From IMG/VR virus record IMGVR_UViG_3300042308_001616, positions 58,861-122,860 of that record: a stretch of DNA of 64,000 nucleotides; one strand, 5' to 3'. The DNA is from a virus. The notes below the pieces were generated by a model that was given only the letters and a program-made list of their open reading frames with translations, made no database searches and was not told the DNA's origin. Below are positions 27,182 through 34,491 of the stretch, in pieces; the first letter of the stretch is position 1, and each line of letters starts with the position of its first letter. A program made the position numbers and the translations under genes.

Positions 27182-27660
27182 GAATAATTAAATTGTTCGA
27201 AGAGTTTACCTATAATGATGTTGGTGCTGCGATAGTTTACCACGGTACACCAGACGAACACGATTTTAACAAAAGAGGATATTTAGCAAACGGAACTTTC
27301 TTCTCTACAAGTTCTAACGAAGCTAGTTCGTATGGAAAACATATCTATAAGATTGAACTCAAAAAAGATTTGAATATACTCGATACAAACAAAATTGAAG
27401 ATTGTCAGAAGATAATTGACGAATTTGGACCATTAGAAGATCCTTATTACAATACAGACGAACCCGAATACTTAGTTAACACGGCAGAGGAACTTTGGCA
27501 CCATAGTGATAGTTGGTCACCAATTGAAGCAGATGAACAACTTATGTCTTGGCTAAATGGAAATTATGATGGTGTTTGGGTCTACGAAGGTGGTACCAGA
27601 AATTTACTAATATTCAAACCAGTAGAAGAAAAGATTGATAAAACCTTTAAAGTGAAATAA
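27178..27660 (+). CDS. Hypothetical protein (160 aa); possible mini ADP-ribosyltransferase-like fold (speculative)
   Basis: AIVYHGT (H-G-[ST]), GTFFSTSSNEA (aromatic pair / STS-like), then IYKIEL or YEGG acidic candidates. Order resembles H-Y-E ARTs (PARP/DarT/Tpt1) but spacing is compact. Confidence 0.4.
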   Translation: MRIIKLFEEFTYNDVGAAIVYHGTPDEHDFNKRGYLANGTFFSTSSNEASSYGKHIYKIELKKDLNILDTNKIEDCQKIIDEFGPLEDPYYNTDEPEYLVNTAEELWHHSDSWSPIEADEQLMSWLNGNYDGVWVYEGGTRNLLIFKPVEEKIDKTFKVK

Positions 27661-27673
27661 TAATATATACGAG

Positions 27674-28372
27674 ATGAAACTTCATAAATTCTACGAATTC
27701 ATAAAAGAGGCTGCAGAGTGGGACCAATCCGCAATAGACGAGATGCTTCTACCAATCAAGGACCTCGGCTTTGAAGTACAGATATCAGAACCAAATCCAG
27801 TAACGGATCAGTCGTCACATCTCTACAAAAAGATGGTTCGCGAAATAACAATATGGATCAAAAACCAGTACGAGGATAAACTAAATTCCGACGTAAATAC
27901 TTTCATATTCAAAGACAATGGACAATGGGATAGAATCTACACAAACGACACCAAAGTGTTTGATTTGATGATTGAGTTTGGAAACCTCGGCCACAGATTG
28001 AGTGAGGACGGTACAGCGATGAATATAGTATGGCATGACTCCGCAATGAAACTAAAACTATTACACGTGGTAGACGACACAACGTCCACAGACAAAGAGA
28101 TTGAACTGAAAAACGTATTCGTCGAACTAAGGAACAAATTCATAAGAACCAACACGGACTTTGTAAGAGGTATGCTATGGGAACCTCGTGCAGTAGAGGA
28201 TGTTACAGATAGTTTCTCTATAAGATGTAGTGGTACTTTAGGTGCTTTCACAAATAGAAAATGGTCTGCTTTCGTAAAAGGTATCGACCTATCGAACTTC
28301 AAAGTAACGTTCGAGAAGGACGAGGAGGACGAAGATGTGGTGACCGTGCATATATCATTACAGAAAGACTAA
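27674..28372 (+). CDS. Hypothetical protein (232 aa)
   Basis: ORF only. Confidence 0.45.
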   Translation: MKLHKFYEFIKEAAEWDQSAIDEMLLPIKDLGFEVQISEPNPVTDQSSHLYKKMVREITIWIKNQYEDKLNSDVNTFIFKDNGQWDRIYTNDTKVFDLMIEFGNLGHRLSEDGTAMNIVWHDSAMKLKLLHVVDDTTSTDKEIELKNVFVELRNKFIRTNTDFVRGMLWEPRAVEDVTDSFSIRCSGTLGAFTNRKWSAFVKGIDLSNFKVTFEKDEEDEDVVTVHISLQKD

Positions 28373-28388
28373 TAAAATAAAAACAGAT

Positions 28389-28874
28389 ATGAACAGGGAT
28401 AACCAACCAGTATTCAACGTTAACAGAAAAGTCGCTAACTACAAAGATTTCAGTGCCGATGTTGAGAAAGAGAAACTCGGAAAGGTGAGAAGAAGTTTCC
28501 AGCCTAACTCTGACAGACAGAATTTTCCATCCAACGATAGAAATGAATTCGATCCAATCACAAGAAAGATTACACAAGTTACACTACCAGAAGTAGAAGA
28601 TAAACTCGACACAATCGAACAAGATGAAAAGAACGAAAATAAATTATTTGAAGATAATTTAATTATACCTGTACCATTGAGATTAGCGTATCAAAAATGG
28701 ATTAAGTCGGAACAACCAGATTATTTTGGTGGAGATAGAGATCAAATGAAATCTTTTATGAAAGAACTTAATGGATATCGTTCAGCCGAGACAAGAAGTA
28801 AATTTATTAAAGCATTAGATTCACAATATGGTAAAATACCTCTAAGATTTAGATCACATTTTAAACTGGACTAA
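28389..28874 (+). CDS. Hypothetical protein (161 aa)
   Basis: ORF only. Confidence 0.45.
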   Translation: MNRDNQPVFNVNRKVANYKDFSADVEKEKLGKVRRSFQPNSDRQNFPSNDRNEFDPITRKITQVTLPEVEDKLDTIEQDEKNENKLFEDNLIIPVPLRLAYQKWIKSEQPDYFGGDRDQMKSFMKELNGYRSAETRSKFIKALDSQYGKIPLRFRSHFKLD

Positions 28875-28899
28875 AATATCAAAAAAAGAGAGTATAAAC

Positions 28900-28930
28900 A
28901 AAAAAGACCGCGTTCATAGCGGTCTTTCTT
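28900..28930. terminator. Rho-independent terminator (AAAGACCGC-GTTCATA-GCGGTCTTT), bidirectional
   Basis: A-run, 9-bp GC-rich stem, T-rich tail; lies between convergent gene blocks. Confidence 0.6.
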
Positions 28931-29213
28931 ACAAAATTTTGTCGATACCCATGTTCCGACGGACTCGTTTGGTTATGTCGCCTATGAACTCCCACGAAAC
29001 GTGATCAGGAAGTCTACTAGAACTTTCGTACCAATCGTCGAATATATCCAGGCACTCTTCAACCATCTTTGTATAAGGAACTCCTATGTCCTCATAGTTA
29101 CACGTGAGAACCTTCTCATCGCTTCTCGTATCGTGGATTCCAAACCAGTCCATCCACTGAATCTGTACCTCGAAACCTATTTTGTGTAACTCATTAAACC
29201 GTTCCTCGAACAT
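28929..29213 (-). CDS. Small hypothetical protein (94 aa)
   Basis: ORF; abuts the MTase gene. Confidence 0.4.
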   Translation of the reverse strand: MFEERFNELHKIGFEVQIQWMDWFGIHDTRSDEKVLTCNYEDIGVPYTKMVEECLDIFDDWYESSSRLPDHVSWEFIGDITKRVRRNMGIDKIL

Positions 29214-29215
29214 AA

Positions 29216-30148
29216 CTAAACTCTTTTTCCAGTTTCTGGATCGTAGTTCATAATAAGAAGTTCAATACCCTTCTCCTTCTCTACACCCTCTGTCTTAATA
29301 ACTGCCGATGGTCTGTGAAACTCCTTCGATGTCCAGATGTATTTATCTTTCGGTAGAATTTCTTCAAGTAACGGGAAGTAGTAATAAGATAAAGACCATC
29401 TCGATTTAGTTGTCTTCAATAGTTCTAATAACCTTCTATGTGAAGCAACTCCAAACGTGTTCTCGTCATCACATCCGTACCAAAACAAACGTCTACCATC
29501 ATCATCATTCTTAACGTCATTGAATCGAGCGTAAGGCGGATCCAGGTAAATATAAGTGTCTTCTGAATCGTATTTACGAATAACCTCCTCAAAGTCCATA
29601 TTATGGAAGTCAGTTATATTCTTCAAACGCTCAGTGTATTTATTCTTCTCTAATTTGTTAATCAAAATACTAAGGTTCAGTTTATCCTTCTTCTTTTTAT
29701 AACCAGTGAATCCACCACCACGAGGATACACACTAGAAAATGATGATGTGATTAAGAACGCATACATAGCCGCTTTATCTAAATCACCAATCTCGAAGTC
29801 CATATCGTCTAAGAAGTCGTTTTGAACGTATTCCCTATAAATTGCCTTATAGAAGTCCCATTTGTCGTCCACAGACGTCGCAGTGCAGTGTAACTTACCA
29901 CCCGGTGCCATCAATGCTTTCAATACTGGAAGGAAGTTTTCTGGATCGGAACAACACTTCATCAGATTGGCCTGATGTCTGTTACGATCATTGAAAACAA
30001 CAGTGTTGAACTCCATCTTAGAGTCTAAATAAATTGCAAAAGAACCAGAGAATGGCTCAATATACGTGGTACACTCCTCGAACGGTATGTTCGGAGTTAT
30101 AAAGGATTGGAAGGCGGCCTTTCCGCCAAAATAAGAGACTATCGACAT
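29216..30148 (-). CDS. dam: DNA N6-adenine methyltransferase (Dam-like, D12 class)
   Basis: N-terminal VSYFGGKAAF and catalytic IYLDPPYA (DPPY) motifs. Confidence 0.8.
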   Translation of the reverse strand: MSIVSYFGGKAAFQSFITPNIPFEECTTYIEPFSGSFAIYLDSKMEFNTVVFNDRNRHQANLMKCCSDPENFLPVLKALMAPGGKLHCTATSVDDKWDFYKAIYREYVQNDFLDDMDFEIGDLDKAAMYAFLITSSFSSVYPRGGGFTGYKKKKDKLNLSILINKLEKNKYTERLKNITDFHNMDFEEVIRKYDSEDTYIYLDPPYARFNDVKNDDDGRRLFWYGCDDENTFGVASHRRLLELLKTTKSRWSLSYYYFPLLEEILPKDKYIWTSKEFHRPSAVIKTEGVEKEKGIELLIMNYDPETGKRV

Positions 30149-30243
30149 TTTTGCTTGATTTTATTAGGTTTTTTTTACTTTTTTCTATATCTGATCTTTG
30201 TCTTACTTATACTTATTGTGATGTCAAAAGTTTCCGTTTTCGA

Positions 30244-30750
30244 TTAAATACCTAATATTGCATCAAGACCAACTCTGTGAACACCACGTAGTTCATCTCT
30301 TACTTTCATAAGTATTTTACCAAGATGGTTCTGTCCTCTACCATTACAGACGCCCCAGAAGGTGTCGTTCCAGGTATTGCCTTCGACCAATTCTTCGTCA
30401 CCGGTTTCGACCAACATCTCTGCTAAAATTTCAATTTTGAATTTCTCTCGTATTGCCCAGTTCATAAAATCGAGTTTCTTCTCGTTCCAGTCTTTTCTTA
30501 TAGACATCTTCTGACCGATTTTCTTTACCATTCCGGGATATGCAATTCGTGCAATCATCTCGCGAAAATCTACGGGTGTATATTGATTTCCGTTAATTAA
30601 TTGTGGACCATTACATTTCATCGCTACATAATAGTGTTCAACGGATGGATAAACTATACCCTGGTGTTCTATCTCACAGGGGTAGAAGTTTGACAGGAAA
30701 CCGTACCTACCTTCGAATTTTTGTATCATAATATTTACCAATATAACCAA
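30244..30750 (-). CDS. NADAR (YbiA-like, DUF1768) domain protein: putative ADP-ribosyl hydrolase
   Basis: GFLSNFYPCEIEHQGIVYPSVEHYYVAMK matches the NADAR core (F.LSNF..........Y.S.EH.YQA.K). Confidence 0.7.
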   Translation of the reverse strand: MVILVNIMIQKFEGRYGFLSNFYPCEIEHQGIVYPSVEHYYVAMKCNGPQLINGNQYTPVDFREMIARIAYPGMVKKIGQKMSIRKDWNEKKLDFMNWAIREKFKIEILAEMLVETGDEELVEGNTWNDTFWGVCNGRGQNHLGKILMKVRDELRGVHRVGLDAILGI

Positions 30751-31022
30751 GCAGCGTCTTTATAATTATCGTCAAACTCAGCATTATAACCTTTTAGTAT
30801 TTTATGAAGTGTTTGTTTTTGTTTTGCACGTCTTACACGGTTTAACATCTTTCTGAAATATTTAGGTGCAGAGTTGTAGTAGGCGTTCCACTCATAAAAG
30901 TTATTATCAAGATATGAAGATACCCAAGCATCTCTGGATTCAGATACGTCACGACCAAGAAACTCCATACGGAGTGCCCTGAACAACTTCTCTCTTTCCC
31001 AGTGTTTGTTACCGTGCTTCAT
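30735..31022 (-). CDS. Hypothetical protein (95 aa)
   Basis: ORF; overlaps the NADAR gene start by 16 nt. Confidence 0.4.
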   Translation of the reverse strand: MKHGNKHWEREKLFRALRMEFLGRDVSESRDAWVSSYLDNNFYEWNAYYNSAPKYFRKMLNRVRRAKQKQTLHKILKGYNAEFDDNYKDAAWLYW

Positions 31023-31048
31023 AATGGCGAAGATACGAATTAAATGTG

Positions 31049-31079
31049 AAAGCCCTCTTATGAGGGCTTTCTTTTTTTG
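31049..31079 (+). terminator. Terminator-like hairpin (AAAGCCCTC-TTATGA-GGGCTTT plus TCTTTTTTTG)
   Basis: Strong hairpin with T-run on the + strand at the edge of a long noncoding region. No obvious + strand gene precedes it, so it may be part of an RNA element. Confidence 0.35.
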
Positions 31080-31488
31080 TGGAGATGATCGGGAACTGAC
31101 CCCGATGTACTAATCAGACACCAATAGGTGCTCTTTCACAGGCTTAGTGAATTTTTCTAAACTCACAAAATAGTTAGTTGAATTAACCCGTCACTCTAAC
31201 AATACTGGTTCCGCATTTGGACTGCACGGTACAGTTTGGAGAATTTTTTTTCGTCGGTATATTTCTACGCCAACTCGAGCTCGTTAGAGCCGATTTTTCT
31301 TAGGGCCGCTACTAAATCTTCACGGTTTCCTACTTCATTTGTTTTGCCATTTACGACAGTTTATCGCCTAATTTATAAATCGGACATTCGACAACCCGAT
31401 ACCTGCACAACTACCTGTAATCCGCTAGGCGAATCCATGACATCCCCTTGTTGTGTTTGTTATATATTATATTCAAAGAACATAAAAA
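31080..31488. other. ~410-nt noncoding region, GC-richer than flanks; candidate structured RNA or regulatory region
   Basis: No credible ORF. Local GC visibly higher (~45%) than the ~33% around it. Several hairpins (e.g. GATCGGGAACTGACCCCGATG at 31087-31107). No canonical tRNA cloverleaf could be confirmed by eye. Confidence 0.25.
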
Positions 31489-31521
31489 AGTTGATTCGGA
31501 CAGTACAAACTGCCCGAATCA
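31489..31521. terminator. Terminator hairpin (TTGATTCGG-14 nt-CCGAATCAA) downstream of the SPFH gene
   Basis: 9-bp stem; T-rich on both sides (TTTTTTATG on the minus strand after the hairpin). Confidence 0.45.
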
Positions 31522-31526
31522 ATTTG

Positions 31527-32471
31527 TTATTTTACATTTACCAATGTGTTGCTGCCGTTACCAAGCACGGTCTCAGAGTTGTGACCATCCCATTTCTCAA
31601 TCTTTTTGTATTCTACAAACAATGGAGTAAGTTTTTGTTGTGTAAGTTCCATCGCCTTAGCTTTTGCAGATGCGTTGATTACCGTTTCTGCGGAGTCGGC
31701 TCTTGCAACAGCAACTTTTCTCTCACCATCTGCGACTGCAGCGATTGCTTGTTGTTTAGAAGCCTCTGCTTGTTGCACAGATTTAGTTTTAGCGATGATT
31801 GCTTCTTGAAGTGCCTCTGGTGGAATGATGTTTGATCTCATCTGTGATACTATGAACCACTTAGATAATCTTAAGTTACATTCTGCAACAATTGCAATTT
31901 CAAATGCTTGACGGTGTCCGAAGATTGAATCAACCTCCCAGGTATTAGCAACGTCATTTACTGCACCAACAATCGCGTTCTTTAGCCAACCTTGCTCTAC
32001 TTCTTTGATAGGCAAACGTAGGTTCACAAACATATCTCCAACTGCGGTAGGTTTCAAAGAGTAGTTGAACGAAGGTTTGATGTCGGCCGGGAAACCACCT
32101 TTGGTAATTACTTGTTGTTGGTCGAACTCTATGTGCTGCTGGAACGTAGGAAACTCATATAAGTTCTCTGTCCAGGTGTTGTAAACAACCCAACCTGTTT
32201 TGTACTGATACTTAGAAACACCTCTATTGTCCCCAGTAAGGTTCACTTTAATTCCGACGTGACCCGCATCTACTCTTTCGATAGCGAACGGCTGGATGAA
32301 TGCGAAGATAAGTAACCCGACACCGGCAACGATACCGATTGTGACCGACTTCCGACCCTCGGCCTTCTGTGTAGTGTTGTTGTAACCTGCATCTTGTATC
32401 GTCCTGATACCTGTGATGATTTTGTAGGCAGCGAAACCTAAGGCCACTAGTGCCAAAATTGTAGTTATCAT
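31527..32471 (-). CDS. SPFH / band-7 (stomatin-prohibitin-flotillin-HflK/C) domain membrane protein
   Basis: N-terminal TM helix, ERVDAGHVGIKV core and a C-terminal Ala/Gln/Glu-rich coiled coil (QQAEASKQQAIAAVADGERKVAVARADSAE), typical of HflK/HflC-like proteins. Confidence 0.7.
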   Translation of the reverse strand: MITTILALVALGFAAYKIITGIRTIQDAGYNNTTQKAEGRKSVTIGIVAGVGLLIFAFIQPFAIERVDAGHVGIKVNLTGDNRGVSKYQYKTGWVVYNTWTENLYEFPTFQQHIEFDQQQVITKGGFPADIKPSFNYSLKPTAVGDMFVNLRLPIKEVEQGWLKNAIVGAVNDVANTWEVDSIFGHRQAFEIAIVAECNLRLSKWFIVSQMRSNIIPPEALQEAIIAKTKSVQQAEASKQQAIAAVADGERKVAVARADSAETVINASAKAKAMELTQQKLTPLFVEYKKIEKWDGHNSETVLGNGSNTLVNVK

Positions 32472-32666
32472 TTATTTGTTTTTATTGGTTATACGAGTGT
32501 AAATATAGTAAATAAAACCGAATGTATATAAAAATATGAAAATAATTATTACATTTTGTAAAATTGAGTTTACAGGACGACTTATGAAAGTGTCAAGTAG
32601 ATAACCGGTTAGAGATAACCACAAAAAAATTCCTAATAAAGGAGTAAGTATTCTAAATAATTTCAT
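32472..32666 (-). CDS. Small membrane protein (64 aa, two predicted TM helices), contiguous with the SPFH gene
   Basis: Hydrophobic ORF whose stop abuts the SPFH start codon (operon-like). Confidence 0.45.
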   Translation of the reverse strand: MKLFRILTPLLGIFLWLSLTGYLLDTFISRPVNSILQNVIIIFIFLYTFGFIYYIYTRITNKNK

Positions 32667-32687
32667 TTGGGTGTTTTTAGAAAAAAA

Positions 32688-32927
32688 CTAATTCGTTGTT
32701 TCAAACTCGAAGACAAAATCTCTTCCTTCGGACCACCAAATACAGTCACCTACGTTGGCAATTGCCTCAAAGAAATTTATTAGGTCGTCTATTAAAATAT
32801 TACCTGGTGTGAAGAAAAGTCTTTCTACTTTTCCTACTTTGTCTATTCTACACTCAAACTCTGCGGCAATTGACTCGAGTGTTTGATTTTCATTACTTTC
32901 ATAGAACGTTTTGTATTTCTTTATCAT
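32688..32927 (-). CDS. Hypothetical protein (79 aa)
   Basis: ORF only. Confidence 0.4.
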   Translation of the reverse strand: MIKKYKTFYESNENQTLESIAAEFECRIDKVGKVERLFFTPGNILIDDLINFFEAIANVGDCIWWSEGRDFVFEFETTN

Positions 32928-33940
32928 AATCCAACAATAATATATCCGTTTTCAACATTAACCGTGTCGATGTCGGTGAGTATATCTTTAAGTTTGTTGA
33001 TTTCCCTTATTGTATCAGGAATAGGCCATCCCTCCACATCAAAATATACATCGAAAGTATTATTCAACTGGTAGCCTGCATAAGAACGTAATCTCTTCAT
33101 TCGGTCGAGTACTTTTTTATGTTTTGCGGCCACTACTTCTTCTACATCTTCATCTTTAGATATAATTCGTGATGTAGGTAAAGACTCCCAATCAACATTT
33201 GTACTAGCACGGCAAAGTCTATCGAGATAAGATATGTTTTGTCTTTCCTTTCCTGTGTGTTCGTCGAAATAACCTACAGATACATTAGTACATTCTGGTA
33301 TATCATTCATAAGCATTGCAGAGTCAGTAAATATACCTGTGGAATCTGGAGACATTTTAAGTCCGTTTTTACCGAACTCCGCACAAAGTGTCTTCGCAAA
33401 TTCACTACTACAACAATTTCTACCTAATTGGTGTGTTATAATTGAGTGGTAATTTCTACGGTCAAAAGAAACACATCTTTTTATTCCTATAAGTTGTTCT
33501 TCGTTTGCGAAATCCATCGCAAGTGCTTTGGAACCAATTCCACCTCTTTCTTCACCGATAAAGAAGTAATATAATCCAGGAACATTGTTGGCCATCATAT
33601 AAAGCATAACGGTAACACCTGCTTTATCGTCTGCGCCTAATATTGTCTTTCCATCGGTACATATAAACTCATCTTCACCCTCTGTATAAGTAAACCTAAC
33701 GGTATCATTCTGTCTGTGATCAACGGTATCGAGGTGTGATGTAAACATAGTTGATGATCCACCACCTACTACTTTATAATAGTTGCCGTGAGCATCTTGG
33801 TCTAATTCTGGTAGATATTTAAGTACCTCTTCTTCGTTTCCGTGTGGGTATGTTTTTGATGTGAGTGAAAGAAATGTGTTTTTTGGGTCTTTCGGGTCCA
33901 TCTTACCCTCTTTGAAGTCTATTTTTTTCTTATCCATCAT
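32924..33940 (-). CDS. Putative Zn-dependent metallopeptidase (M20/M28/M42 aminopeptidase-like)
   Basis: SHLDTV ... GADDKAGV, a metal-ligand motif pair typical of the M20/M28/M42 peptidase clan; GEERGGIGS further downstream. Confidence 0.5.
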   Translation of the reverse strand: MMDKKKIDFKEGKMDPKDPKNTFLSLTSKTYPHGNEEEVLKYLPELDQDAHGNYYKVVGGGSSTMFTSHLDTVDHRQNDTVRFTYTEGEDEFICTDGKTILGADDKAGVTVMLYMMANNVPGLYYFFIGEERGGIGSKALAMDFANEEQLIGIKRCVSFDRRNYHSIITHQLGRNCCSSEFAKTLCAEFGKNGLKMSPDSTGIFTDSAMLMNDIPECTNVSVGYFDEHTGKERQNISYLDRLCRASTNVDWESLPTSRIISKDEDVEEVVAAKHKKVLDRMKRLRSYAGYQLNNTFDVYFDVEGWPIPDTIREINKLKDILTDIDTVNVENGYIIVGL

Positions 33941-34461
33941 ACTATTCTTACGTTACCTACTGTGAAAATAACATATTTTCTGTTTATATCGTCAATTATT
34001 ATTTTATTTTCTCTGACTTTACTAAATTCTTTATTACAATAGACCATTTTAGTGGTCTCTTCGTTCTTACAAAATTTAAGCTTTAGTAGTTTGGCGGCTT
34101 GTATAACAACTTCATCCGGTATTATATTATCACCATTTGTCTTTATTATTAGACTTCTTTCCTCACCACCTTCCAATGTTTTCTCTGTACAAATTAGAAT
34201 ATCATTTACACTTGGTGCGTATCCTCCGAGGTCTAACGCGAACTTTCCGGAGTATAGTTTTGTCATCTTTATACAGGTTTCTGGATCTTCGGACCACCAT
34301 ATATTATAATTTTGTCCGGTGTTGTCGTATATAAGACGGTGTTTCAGGCTACCATCAAACCGCTTTATATCACTTTTCATTGTGCTTTTCGTTGTGGCTT
34401 CTGATAAGAAATCTAAAAAACTATTTATTCTCATAGTGTATATATTGTATATGAAAAACAA
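33937..34461 (-). CDS. Hypothetical protein (174 aa)
   Basis: ORF only. Confidence 0.45.
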   Translation of the reverse strand: MFFIYNIYTMRINSFLDFLSEATTKSTMKSDIKRFDGSLKHRLIYDNTGQNYNIWWSEDPETCIKMTKLYSGKFALDLGGYAPSVNDILICTEKTLEGGEERSLIIKTNGDNIIPDEVVIQAAKLLKLKFCKNEETTKMVYCNKEFSKVRENKIIIDDINRKYVIFTVGNVRIV

Positions 34462-34491
34462 ATATTTGAAAACACACTCAAATATAATTTA

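Noticed and set aside
31080-31526. tRNA gene(s) in the GC-rich intergenic region
   Set aside because: I could not build a convincing cloverleaf (no GTTCRANYC T-loop with matching acceptor stem) on either strand by eye. Left as an unassigned candidate RNA region for tRNAscan/Infernal.
31236-31835. 199-aa + strand ORF (also 31448-31630 and 31606-31809 small ORFs)
   Set aside because: It runs antisense through the SPFH gene and through hairpin/terminator structures, with Cys/Phe-rich low-complexity translation. It is most likely spurious; the region is treated as noncoding.
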